From: Octopus vulgaris
Taxonomy: Eukaryota
NCBI GenBank assembly: GCA_951406725.2
Contig: OX597823.1
Coordinates: forward strand, 7,936,001 to 8,000,000
Direction: 5' to 3'
DNA length: 64,000 nt
Below the pieces are notes generated by a model. The model was given only the letters and a program-made list of their open reading frames with translations. It was not told the origin of the DNA and made no database searches. Numbering within the stretch: position 1 is the first letter of the stretch; each line of letters opens with the position of its first letter. Positions 39,801 through 52,062 of this stretch are shown in pieces. Made by a program: the position numbers and the translations under genes.

Positions 39801-41145
39801 GACAAACCACAATGGACAGGCATGTATACAAACATGTATATATCTGTGTTTGGCATAGTAAGTAAGTAACCAGCTATTTACACACACACACACACGTATG
39901 TATACATCATTACAGTTGTGACGATTTCTGATAAAAAAGAATTCCTAAAGGTATATATGTGTGTGTATATGTATATATGTACTTATGTATGTTTGTACAC
40001 ACACACATGTATATATACATCATTACAGTTGTGATGATTTCTGGTAAAAAAGGTATATATATATATACTCTTGATACCCTTCCCCCCACCCCTAATCCTA
40101 ACTAACCCTAACCCTAAAATAGATTGAAATGCAATAGATCGATACTAGGGTCATAATTTCGGGTGACAATTTCATACGACACCACTAGAAAAAACTGCCG
40201 TTCAAACCGACATTTGTACATTACTGCATATGCTTTATACGCACTTTTGACAAATTGTGGTACACCTGAGCACTGTATACTATAATTTCATTATATATTT
40301 CATAGTTATCTGATTCACTTGCAATATCTATTCAAAACAAATCAGTAACAAGTGGCACTTGAATATCTGATCTTAACAGTAACAACAATTAAGCAAAAAT
40401 GTGTGCTGCTGGGCATCTATCATCCAAGCATGGATGTCATCATAAGCCAATAAAAAACTGAAAATATCAAAACATCCTCTAACCTACAGAATTCTACACA
40501 TCACTGAAGCAATATGACCACTGTCAGTAAAACTAAGCTACTAGAATGTTCTAATAGCCTTAGATATATCAAAATACAAGATCCACTATCTTTAAATTTG
40601 AGTATATATAGAAATTTTATTCAACAATATTTTCAAGGGTGAATCAATTTCATGAGATCTAGAAAGTACCATCCAACAAATATCATAGGTAAGAGATTTT
40701 AAACTTGGTTTTTATTTACATATACATGTGAATTTAAGTTACTAAATTTTATAAGAACTTTTTACAATTGTCTTTTTCTGATAGTCCTTAAAAATCAACA
40801 CTTAGAAAATGAAAGTTCTCTTAATAAAATACTTCTGTTTATTATTCTTTCGTTGGTGTTAGGAAGGGCATCCAGCCGTAGAAACATTGCCAGATCAGAC
40901 TGGGCCTGGTGCAGCCTTCTGGCTTCCCAGACCCCAGTTGAACCGTCCAACCCATGCTAGCATGAATTGCTTTGTTCATTCAAAGAGACAAGAATTTGGG
41001 GGGGGTTGATACATTTAACTAAAAATTCTGAAAACGAAAAAAATAACTGAAAAATATAACTATGACTGAACATAACTATTCTTTTCACCCCCAAACAACT
41101 ATGTCAGACCTGTAATATTTGCACCCAGTAGAAGTTCCATAAATA

Positions 41146-41522
41146 GGCGTAGAAGTGGCTGTGTGGTAAGTAGCTTGCTTACGAACCACATTGTTTCGGG
41201 TTCAGTCCCTCTGCATGGCACCTTGGGCAAGTGTCTTCCACTATAGCCTCGAGCTGACCAAAGCCTTGTGAGTGGATTTGGTAGACGGAAACTGAAAGAA
41301 GCCCGTCGTATATATATATATATACATATATGTATGTGTTTGTGTGTTGTCCCCTCAACATTGCTTGACAACCGATGCTGGTGTGTTTACATCCCCGTAA
41401 CTTAGCGGTTCGGCAAAAGAGACCGATAAAATAAGTACTAAGCTTACTAAAGTACTAAAGGCGGTGCTTCAGCATGGCTGCAGTCAAATGACTGAAACAA
41501 GTAAAAGAGTGAGAAAAAGAGT
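41146..41522 (+). mobile_element. SINE family A
   Basis: Match to family A with a small internal deletion. Confidence 0.9.
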
Positions 41523-41783
41523 AAATATTTATGTTGAAATACATGCATCTATTTCACAGCAGAAGTGTTGTTGATATTTACCCCAGGAAAACTCTTTTCT
41601 GTAGATGGCATTACATATTTATTTAGTAATAACATCATGTTGCAGTGGCAGGTAGTTTCTTAATGACACTTTTCAGCAGCTGCTGATTATGCTCTCCACA
41701 GAAGAGTGACATAATTGACATTTGCAATAGCACCTTAGAATTTTAAGGGCCTCATTGTCCTATTTATTTACAAAATATTTCAT

Positions 41784-42167
41784 TCTCTTTTACTTGTTTC
41801 AGTCATTTGACTGCAGCCATGCTGGAGCACCACCTTTAGTCGAGCAAATCGACCCCGGGACTTATTCTTTGTAAGCCCAGTACTTATTCTATCGGTCTCT
41901 TTTTGCCGAACCGCTAAGTGACGGGGACGTAAACACACCAGCATCGGTTGTCAAGCAACGCTAGGGGGACAAACACAGACACACAAACATACATATATAT
42001 ATATACGACAGGCTTCTTTTAGTTTCCGTCTACCAAATCCACTCAGAAGGCATTGGTCGGCCCGAGGCTATAGTAGAAGACACTTGCCCAAGATGCCACG
42101 CAGTGGGACTGAACCCGGAACCATGTGGTTGGTTAGCAAGCTACTTACCACACAGCCACTCCTGCGC
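41784..42167 (-). mobile_element. SINE family A
   Basis: Full-length reverse-complement copy. Confidence 0.9.
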
Positions 42168-42341
42168 CATTGTCCCATTTATTTACAAAATATTTCATTA
42201 ATATCTCTTACTTTTGGAATGCAAAAGCATGACCTTCCAGATGCATTACTGGGTTCATATGGGAGGTCATCAGGGAGTGAGTGTTTCTTTAGAAGTTTTA
42301 CTATCAACCCAGAATGAGTTTACATATGCTAGTGAAACATC

Positions 42342-43650
42342 TCACATTTTCAAGTTTGATTGTTTCCTTGCAATGTGTATTTCTTTGTGTCTTTTTAAAA
42401 CTCTATTAGAGACAAAAGAATTCTCACATATTCCACACTGATAGGGTCTTTCTCCAGTGTGACTGCGTTTGTGGACTACAAGATTGGAATTATTAGCGAA
42501 TGATTCTCCACATATTTCCACAGTGGAAAGGTTTTTCTCCTGTGTGGATTTTCTTGTGTGTTGTTAAATTACGAGAATTATCAGTGAAAGATTCTCCACA
42601 TATCTCACAACGAAATGGTTTTTCTCCTGTGTGACTACGTTTGTGAACTACTAGACTAGAATTAACAGAAAAAGATTTTCCACAGATTTCACAAGGATAA
42701 GGTTTTTCTCCAGTGTGACTTCGTACGTGAACTACAAGTTGAGAATTATTACTGCAAGATTTCCCACACATTTCACAGTGGAACAGTTTTTCTCCAGTGT
42801 GTATTTTTTGATGCGTTTTTAACAGAAAATTAGTGGAAAACGATTTTCCACACATTTCACAATGAAAGGGTTTTTCCCCAGTGTGGATTCGTTTGTGTTT
42901 TGTTAAATTACCATTGGAGACAAAAAAATTTCCACATATTTCACAGTGGAAAGGTTTTTCTCCTGTGTGGATTTTCTTGTGTGTTGTTAAATTACTATTA
43001 TACACAAACGATTTTCCACACACCTCACAGTGAAACGGTTTTTCACCTGTGTGTAGTCTGTTATGTGTTGTTAAATCACTGTTAGAAACAAAAGATTTTC
43101 CGCAAATTTCACATTGATATGGTCTTTCTCCAGTGTGTACAGTCTTGTGAACTACAAGATTGGAATTCTGAGCAAAAGATTTTCCACATATTTCACAGTG
43201 GAAAGGCTTTTCTCCAGTGTGACTACGTTTATGAATAACAAGTCTTGAATTAACAGAGAAAGATTTTCCACATATTTCACAACGAAACGGTTTTTCTCCA
43301 GAGTGTGTTCTTTTGTGACTTATTAAATTAGAATTATCAGCAAATGTTTTTCCACATATATCACAGTTGAAAGGTTTTTCAGCGGTGTGTAGTCTTCCGT
43401 GTCTGTTTAAAATACTGCTAGAGGCAAAAGATTTTCCACACACTTCACAATGATAAGGCTGTTCTCCAGTGTGGCTACGTTTATGGACGACAAGATGGAA
43501 ACTCTTAAAGTAAGATTTTTTCCACATATTTCACAGTGAAACATTTTTCCTCCACGGTGTATTCTTTTGTGACCTGCTAAATTACAATTCTTCACAAATT
43601 ATTTCCCGCACACTTCACACTGAAAAGATTTTTGTTCAGTAATTGTTTCA
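42342..43650 (-). pseudogene. Disrupted C2H2 zinc-finger gene (~15 fingers)
   Basis: Open block 42493-43527 has 11 complete fingers; upstream finger CEVCGK*FVKNCNL has a stop, +1 shift at ~43520, another shift at ~42515 before two further fingers. Confidence 0.8.
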
Positions 43651-43696
43651 CCACTCTATGCCTGTGTATCCGTATGTATATTTAAAAAAAAAAACA

Positions 43697-43849
43697 GGCG
43701 TGACTTCGGTATATGTACCGGATACATTTCAAGAAAGTGTTTTTTTTTTATATGGGGAGGGGGTTAGGGTTAGGGGTGGGAGAAAAGGGTTTCTGTTATC
43801 TTCAGAAATGTAAACAAAGTCACGTGTGTACCTATACCGAAGGATCGCC
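43697..43849. mobile_element. Second copy of the GG-TIR MITE
   Basis: Same TIRs and body as 34361-34502; flanks AAAAAACA / AAACAACA (7 of 8 TSD match). Confidence 0.8.
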
Positions 43850-44267
43850 AAACAACATTTGCATTAAATGAGTGCAGGTGATTAATGCCTTCCAAATCTC
43901 GAGGACTTTTTAAAAGCTGGCGAATGTCCGCGAATATAATCTATTGTAGTTCAGTTTAAAGTCTTGGATATCATAGGATGTTGACATGTGTAGAAAATAT
44001 GCAATATAGATATATTTTCAACTTACCATTTTATCGCTTGTTGCTAATTAGGTCTTCTCCATATTGCTGGAAACAAGAAGACTTCTGATTCTACTCTAAG
44101 AAATATAGGCAGGTTTAATAAATATCATACATGCTAAAACAGTATATACTCTACATAAACAGCTTGTATTGGACATGTTGGTGAAATCGGCGCTCTACAG
44201 GTTTATAACAGAACGTTCTGACAACACAACTGCGTGTGCACGTGTTTATATATGTATATATATAAAG

Positions 44268-44628
44268 GCCAGCGGACTCGCAGTCGTAGGATCGGGGTTT
44301 CGGTTCCCAGACTGGGCGTTGTGAGTGTTTATTGAGCGAAAACACCTAAAGCTCCACGAGGCTCCGGCAGGGGATGGTGGTGATCCCTGCTGTACTCTTT
44401 CACCACAACTTTCTCTCACTCTTACTTCCCGTTTCTGTTGTACCTGTATTTCAAAGGGCCGGCCTTGTCACTCTCTGTGTCACGCTGAATATCCCCGAGA
44501 ACTACGTTAAGGGTACACGTGTCTGTGGAGTGCTCAGCCACTTACACGTTAATTTCACGAGAAGGCTGTTCCGTTGATTCGGATCAACCGGAACCCTCGT
44601 CGTCGTGACCGACGGAGTGCTTCCATCC
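44268..44628 (+). mobile_element. Probable tRNA-derived SINE of another family (5'-truncated)
   Basis: Anticodon/T-arm-like GGACTCGCAGTCG..GTTTCGGTTCCC; GC-rich body with terminal hairpins; (TA)n flanks. Confidence 0.55.
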
Positions 44629-45237
44629 ATATATATCGCGCGTGTTTAGTAAATAACCATGTTCGTTCCATCACGGGAAATAGAAAAGTAGTGTTTGCTG
44701 CATGTTGTGGTGGTTATCTAAATATTTGATTTGGAAGCCTGTTCGAAATGTAACAAAAATTAATTTTGGTGATTAACACGAGATTTTGGTCATTACCCAA
44801 TAAATTCCTTTCTACAAAAGGCACAAACCTTGATATTACAGAGGTACTAGTAGCGTAGACTGGACCCGGTTTGCGCACCACAGAAACGAAATGAGATAAC
44901 ACCAAGATAAAAAGTTAGGTAAAAATAGTTACCGGTGTCGCTGACAATTTTTCCTCCCCCCGAAAAGATACCGGTAACATAAGTTAAGGTTAATTGAAGT
45001 CACCAAAGAAGTTGTCATCATTTATAATATTCACAGATAACCATGTAAAACCGAAACGATGTAATGTACTTTGTGCATTTACACTGCTACACGGACATCA
45101 ATTTGTTAAAATTATTATTTGTGTTGTAACAACACTGTCATCTGTCGAGACTTATCAATATATCGTTAGTTCCTCCTCGCAGAGCCTTGTGAATAAATTT
45201 GGTAGACGGAAACTGTACGGAAGCTAACTGTGTATGT

Positions 45238-45312
<75 letters not shown>

Positions 45313-45620
45313 TAGTGATGTTTGTATGAAGTATTATCTGATGTATATAAATGTTTTTAATTAATTATTACTTTAAAAAATGGCAAAACAATGCAACTTA
45401 TAAGAAAAGTACCGGTCGATGGTTAATACCTTTACTTGGTATTTCAATATTTCAGGGTTAGGCTTGCCTCCTTCAGGAAATCTTCAGAGAAATGGCGTTG
45501 TGAGATGAATACATGAATGCAGGTCAAAAAAAAAAAAATCACGGGGGTTTTGTCCGGATCTCATAAATTAATTGTGACTTTATTACCGGTCACCGAATAC
45601 ATAACAGAAAAAAAAGATCC

Positions 45621-45669
45621 CCTATTTTCCTTCTTTGAAGACATTATGTCTTCAAAGAAGGAAAATAGG
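45621..45669. repeat. Perfect palindrome, 24-bp arms, 1-nt spacer
   Basis: CCTATTTTCCTTCTTTGAAGACAT-T-ATGTCTTCAAAGAAGGAAAATAGG. Confidence 0.95.
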
Positions 45670-46333
45670 TAATACTGTCTGGAGGGTGTAGTCTGTTTTT
45701 TTGTTGTTTTTTTTTAATGGGAAGATCATGGCAAGAATACCTTTGGTTATAGGTTTGCTGCATCAAGGGTCTGATTAAATGCTAAATTACTAAATTCCCC
45801 ATCCCTAATTTCCTTCCTATAATCCGCTTTCACTTCTAAAGTTGGTAATTCAAAATGTTTCAATTACAGTAGAGGGGAGATAACTCAAAAGAAATGACTG
45901 CTTTTAAAGGTTGTTATAGACTTAAGGTTACTTAGTGGAACATCACTGTATTCTGATTTCTTTTATTTATGTCTGATCTTAACATGATTGCTTCTACTAT
46001 ACTGACCCGTTAAATATATTTATAACGAACAGCTTACACATACATATCAGAGTCAGAAATAAGAATACCTTGCAGGTGGTCGCCGCTATTGATTTAGTTC
46101 AAGGACTTAGGTACCAGATACCAAGAGCTAGCACTAACATCGCAGCAGTACTAAAATTCATTTTGTTTATTATTCAAATGTACATCTCAAACAAATATCA
46201 CTATATATAAAAAAAATAAAATTTAAAAAAAACAATTTGGTAGCTCAAACTGGATGTCAAAACTAAATATCTTGGTAATTACGGAAGGCAAAATAGCAGC
46301 TGTTTGAGGTAAGTGAAATGACACTGAGAATAT

Positions 46334-46562
46334 ATTTCTTTACTACCCACAAGGGGCTAAACACAGAGGGGACAAACAAGGACAGACAAACGGATTAAGT
46401 CGATTACACCGACCCCAGTGCGTAACTGGTACTTAATTTATCGACCCCGAAAGGATGAAAGGCAAAGTCGACCTCGGCGGAATTTGAACCCAGAACGTAA
46501 CGGCAGACGAAATACGGCTACGCATTTCGCCCGGCGTGCTACCGATTCTGCCAGCTCGCCAG
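46334..46562 (-). mobile_element. SINE family B (full length)
   Basis: Match to 8863-9092. Confidence 0.9.
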
Positions 46563-46944
46563 CCATCACATTAAGCTGGATTTCCTTAGGAGCCGCTGGG
46601 ATTTATAAAACTCCTTGTATCACGACGACGACGATTTTATTTCTTTGTTTGTTCGTGTTTCTTTCATAACTTTAAAATAATTATGGGAAACAAATAATAC
46701 CGTTTCATTCGGGTTAAGGCACTGGAATTGTTTTATTGATACTTTTAATATTTTTCGAGTTAAATTGGGAAAGCTTCGATTAGGTGGGGGTAAGAATTAT
46801 TTTAAAGAATGCGAATTGCAAATGTTTCTGAACACGGAGCTTTAACGGTAATCCTCGCCGTGAAGTTAGAGCGAGTTTTAAAAAATGTATAAACAGTATC
46901 AGCATAGCAATATTGGAAGAGGCGACTTTGATGAAGATATTAAT

Positions 46945-46960
46945 GGCCCTGAAAAGGGCC
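46945..46960 (-). promoter_or_regulatory. Histone 3'-UTR stem-loop of the H4 pseudogene
   Basis: Minus strand GGCCCT-TTTC-AGGGCC, ~30 nt after the H4 stop. Confidence 0.85.
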
Positions 46961-46988
46961 GGTATGTCTGAAAAATTTGATTTTAGTT

Positions 46989-47241
46989 TTAACCTTCAAA
47001 TTCGTACAGAGTTCTGCCATGCCTCTTCAAAGAATAGACATTCATAGCGGTCACATCATCATGGATAACATTCTGAAGAAATACCGTCAACACACCGCGT
47101 ATTCCTTCGTAGATCAAACCAGAGATACGTTCGATACCACTTCGACGACGGATATTGGGCATGGTGATACCATGGATGTTATCTTTCTCAACACCTTCCT
47201 GTAATGCTTAGCGCCTCCGGCAATCTTTCACGGTCATTCAT
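46989..47241 (-). pseudogene. H4: Histone H4 pseudogene
   Basis: Minus strand [63 protein letters not shown]; frameshifts and deletions. Confidence 0.9.
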
Positions 47242-47302
47242 GATAAAATATTTCTTACGATCAAATTTCAAGATAGACTTATGAATCACTAGAAAATATG
47301 CA

Positions 47303-48527
47303 CAGGGCGCGGTGAATAAATTATCGTCTAAATTGCATAAAAGTGAACATAACAGACATTTCATTCTAACATACATTTACCAGAATTACGATTCAATAAA
47401 ATCGCCATCGGCTTCAACGACAGCCTCCAGACGACATTGGAATTTCCCGCAACACTTCCGGACGGTCTCCTTGTTTAAGTTGATGAATGCTGCCATAATC
47501 CTTGCCTTCAGTTCATCTTTGGTGTTACAAGGAGTTTTGTTGGTCTCTCGTTCAACTGCGCCCCACACATAATAATCAAGGGGGTTGCAGTCTGGGGAGT
47601 TAGGTGGCCAAATGTTAGGGGTGATGTGGTCGCAGAAATTGTCTGACAGCCATGACTGGGTTCTCCTGCTTGTGTGGCATGGTTCAGAGTCCTGTTGCCA
47701 GATATAGGGTCTTCCAGCAGCTACCCTCTTGACCCAGGGTAGCACCACCTCCTCCAGATACTTGATGTAGACCTCCGTGTTAAGTGTGAGGCCGTGTGGA
47801 AAGATGACTGGTGGCATAACGTCACCATCACTAGTGATCACTCCAAACACCATGATGTTAACTGGAGGGTTATCTGTTGGTACATCCTTTGGGGACACTA
47901 CAAGCCAACGGTTGTTCTGTGCGTTCGTCTGATCCTGGCAGAAATTTTTCTCGTCTGAGAAAAACCAAAGCACATTCGGTTGGAGGGGATGCTTGAGTTT
48001 ATTCAAAAGCTTCGTAGCGCGGTCTTTCCTTTTGTCCTTGATGGCTTGGGATAAAAATTGGCCCTTTCTCATTTTGTAAGAGGAATACCGAATGTCTTCA
48101 TGCACTACCTGCCTGATAAGGCGCTCAGACACTCCCATGTCCCTGGCTATGGACCTGTTTGACTTGGAGGGATCATTGTCAATAACGGCCCGGATCTTAC
48201 AAACAAATTCAGGAGTTCTTTTCTTATCAGAACGATCCGAGTGAGTTTTCCGAGCTGCCGTACCTTCGTAATCACCATTAGATTCATCCAACTCTTTCCG
48301 AATTCTCTGCACTGTCCTCAGGTTGACACCCAAACACTCTGATATGTTCATATTGGAGCTTCCGGCGCGAATGCCAAGCAGTACGGCATGTCGTTTCCAA
48401 ATTTCTGGCACAGTTAATTGCGTCATGGTGCCCAACTGACCCTACGAAACTGTGTAGTCGACAAAATCAAAATACAATGCGCAAAATTTTAAATATAAAA
48501 CAGCGTCAATTTGTCAGTCGCACCCTG
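47303..48527 (-). mobile_element. DD37D (maT) Tc1/mariner transposon
   Basis: Imperfect TIRs CAGGGCGCGGTGAATAAATT / AATTTGTCAGTCGCACCCTG|TA. Confidence 0.9.
47386..48435 (-). CDS. DD37D transposase, 349 aa, open frame
   Basis: N-terminal HTH; FSDEK, WQQD, then 37 residues to the final D of WPPNSPDCNPLD. Confidence 0.9.
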   Translation of the reverse strand: MGTMTQLTVPEIWKRHAVLLGIRAGSSNMNISECLGVNLRTVQRIRKELDESNGDYEGTAARKTHSDRSDKKRTPEFVCKIRAVIDNDPSKSNRSIARDMGVSERLIRQVVHEDIRYSSYKMRKGQFLSQAIKDKRKDRATKLLNKLKHPLQPNVLWFFSDEKNFCQDQTNAQNNRWLVVSPKDVPTDNPPVNIMVFGVITSDGDVMPPVIFPHGLTLNTEVYIKYLEEVVLPWVKRVAAGRPYIWQQDSEPCHTSRRTQSWLSDNFCDHITPNIWPPNSPDCNPLDYYVWGAVERETNKTPCNTKDELKARIMAAFINLNKETVRKCCGKFQCRLEAVVEADGDFIES

Positions 48528-48588
48528 TATGTAGTTAACGGACGTAGCATAGAACATCTTAATACAAAGATCACGTGATTTTGAACAG

Positions 48589-48698
48589 CCAATGGACAGA
48601 TTTCTTTCAGCAGCAGCAGCAGCAGCAGCCTGGCGGGTAGCTGTCACTTTTAAATCTCAGAAATCCACCTTCCCGTTGTCTAACGTTCCTTATATAAA
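48589..48698 (+). promoter_or_regulatory. H3 promoter: CCAAT box and TATA box
   Basis: CCAAT 48589-48593, (CAG)n 48608-48629, TATATAAA 48691-48698. Confidence 0.6.
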
Positions 48699-48728
48699 GT
48701 GTGACACTACAACGCAACTCATTCATAA

Positions 48729-49151
<423 letters not shown>

Positions 49152-49181
49152 ATGGGGAACATAATGTGAACATCATAAAAT

Positions 49182-49197
49182 GGCCCTTTTTAGGGCC
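49182..49197 (+). promoter_or_regulatory. Histone 3'-UTR stem-loop (H3)
   Basis: GGCCCT-TTTT-AGGGCC. Confidence 0.9.
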
Positions 49198-49455
49198 CCC
49201 TAGATTATTTTGGAAGTATTTTCTTTCGTTCATGGATATGCTATTTGCTTACCAGTTACTCATTTGTTTTAATATGTAATCTTGTAAAAATTTGGCGGTG
49301 ACCGATTCTTCGATATCTCAGTTTACACTCTGCAGTATTTTTTAGATATTTCTCTTAACTATACAACAGCGATTATTTTTCGGAGTAAATCATCTGAAAC
49401 GTAAAATATTCAACAAACTCTGACGTCGTTGTTTATTTTCGTTTTCCAATGTTCA

Positions 49456-49849
49456 TCTTTATATATAAAAGTGAAGTTGTGTGTCTGTCTCCTACTATTT
49501 AGATTCCTAACTACTCCCACATTTTGCGGTGCAGTTTAACCAAAACCGGGTATCTTATAGTCGCGATTCATATCGAGCTCTTCTGGGTATTAGCGCGCGT
49601 CTACGATGAGTATACGATTAAAAAAAAAATTTACCATCATTTTTTTCCATTTTAATGCATGTTTTCGCCATTATATAAGGGAAGTAACTCTCTAAAAATG
49701 TCTACGATGAGTCAACGATTTAAAAAAAAAATTACAATTTTTTTTTTCCATTTTTAATGCATTTTTTGCTATTTTTTTGGCTATAACCCTAAAAATGCTT
49801 TATAGTTATTTCCCTTACAAACCCGAGCAACGCCGGGCGATACTGCTAG
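49456..49849 (+). mobile_element. Non-autonomous Helitron
   Basis: A|TC start, CCCGAGCAACGCCGGG subterminal hairpin, CTAG|T end, no TSD. Confidence 0.85.
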
Positions 49850-51729
49850 TTATGTATATTTATGTGTTTGTCCCCTACCGGTGCGGGTGTATTTACGTCC
49901 CCATAACTTACCGGTTCGGCAAGAGACCGTTAGAATAAGTAGCAGGCTTTGAAAACAAGTCCTGGAGATTGAAGACAAAAAAAAAAAGAAACAAATTGAA
50001 GTTTAAATTGTAAATTCAGAAGACCAAGGTCTGTCAGTTCATCCTCATCTATACAAGAAATGGTTCTTATGAATAATGCTTACGTACATTAGTAGCCTCT
50101 GCATTAACTAAACCCAATATCCCTTAACCGTTTGAAAATGCATGTACCTGTTAGTAAGATTATGTAAGCGTAGAAATTAACCAAAAGCAAGAAATTTACC
50201 CAAAATACTGTACATCTTAAAAGTAAACTAACCTTATACATGGAGAATAGATATTAATTTTATTGGAATTTCATATCAAGACGCCTACATAAGTTCGGTT
50301 TTCTTCGTTTTTGACTGATTTTTCCCAATTTTTTTTCTTCACGACTGCCTTGCAAATGATGGGTATCTTTTTAAGCACCTCCCTCTTCGAACCGATTTTG
50401 GTCAATTATTTTTTCTGCACTTCGCTCTTGGAAGAAGCCTTTTCGCCTCCTCGTTTGTTACGTTCACATGTATTGTTTTTCCAATATTTTTCTCCCCCGT
50501 AACCATGCTATTAAAACAAATTTGAAAACCATTTATTTCAACCCCACTTGTCCCTCGTTTCAGTTTATAATTTTAAAATACTGTAGATCCCGAAAAAAAA
50601 TCATTACTGGGATTTATCTACAGTGGTTTAAAAGAAGTATGCGAAAGAATTCATTTTGGCGGAATTATTTTACACCCTCATCCCCAAATCCTAAAATCTC
50701 ATCTCTTTTTTCAAATTTTATTTTACTCGGTGTTTAAAATCCGGACAGTCCGAATTTTTGCTTCAGCCCAGTAATGGACCCCGCTTGGGTAAATTATCAT
50801 TCCAGTAAATGTATTTACGAAGAGAAAAATATTGAAAAACATCGCTACACATCAGTACCAAAGAAACGAGGAAAATATCAGATGGTCGTGAGATGTGCTA
50901 AAAATAGCAGCTAAATTGCTCTTACATCACTAATTTTTTCATAATCTTATGAATTCCTACGTGTAGAACACATTCGAAAAAATTTTCAGAAAATTCCAAA
51001 GAATAAAAAAGTTGTGGTTTGCTTAAACCAGAAATTTGTCTTTTTTGCTAATTCAAATTCAACAATATCTAGGAGAATTGGACCTTCCCTCAGGGATGGC
51101 AGAGCTGAAAAAAGTAAGGATCCAACAAGAGAGGGGCAGTAAAGTCAGCCCTGGGTCAAGTACAGTAAAGAAGAATTACCTATGGCCCGTGCTCCACAGG
51201 AGTGAAGGGCTTAAGTGAGTAAAAAATATAATTACTTGTTGAATTTAAAATCCTTTGTATTTGCTGAGGTCCTTGCAGTTGATGCAGTTTTGCACATTTT
51301 TCAATATCGGACAAAATGAGGATCACCTGGAATATAATTTTTACACCTAAGTGATTGTAAATTTTTGAGGGAAGTAAATAATAATGTATTTATTAATCTA
51401 ATTTACATCGAATATTTTTATATCGCTAATAATAAAAGATTACAAAAAGTCACTTGTTTGGCAATCAAGGAGTTGTCCTAAGTATTTGAAATAGCATAAG
51501 AAATTAATATAATGATCCTCATTTAAAACTGAAATATATTAATTTAAAATATTAAACTAAGAAACTAGAGCTAGATTATTCAGTATAACTCCTGTGGGAA
51601 CAGTTTTTAAAAATAACCAAATAAACCTAGAGCTACAAAGTTTTGGGCAAAATGAACAAATAGATGTTATGTAACTTTCAAAAAAAAAAAAAAAAAAAGA
51701 ACCTATATCTAAAAGATGAAGAATTATTT

Positions 51730-52062
51730 ACATTATTTACATTTGACGGATATTTGTCCTCATCTTGCTTGTTGTTAGCACAACGTTAAGACAAGCTGAT
51801 ATACCCTACAGCCTTCATCAGGTGTCTTGGAATTTCGAACTGGGTTCTCATTCCTAAGATATTTTTCCGACGACGACGTTGTTGTTGTTGTTAAGGTCAC
51901 TGCTTGGAATCGAGCGCGGGTTACTAACCGCAAGATTCCGAGTTCGATTCCAAACAGTGACCTGAATAATACTACTAATAGTAATATCGAAAAATACCTT
52001 AGGAATTTCCCTCATAACAACAAACACGACAAGGACAAATATCCGTCAAATGTAAATAATGT
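51730..52062. mobile_element. Foldback (inverted dimer) of a tRNA-headed, hammerhead-tailed short element
   Basis: Mirrored arms ACATTATTTACATTTGACGGATATTTGTCCT / AGGACAAATATCCGTCAAATGTAAATAATGT; central tRNA arms with GAGTTCGATTCC; left arm has minus-strand hammerhead 51777-51826. Confidence 0.75.

Larger units (their letters stand above)
38150..39830 (-). mobile_element. Penelope-like element 3' portion (Neptune-like): GIY-YIG domain, long UTR, hammerhead, AATAAA, (TA)n
   Basis: CPLEGKC linker, GVVY..YTG, RFYSH, CKLCLLEK, CRH motifs; hammerhead at 38177-38225. Confidence 0.85.

Noticed and set aside
40085-40120. Telomere-like CCCTAA repeats
   Set aside because: Only 2-4 imperfect units, apparently inside a dispersed repeat
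44535-44622. Superficial resemblance to pistol/twister ribozymes
   Set aside because: Required pseudoknot pairings not found; better explained as SINE tail hairpins
45425-45490. Minus-strand CTGAAGA...GAAA...GTA
   Set aside because: Stems do not close correctly around the core
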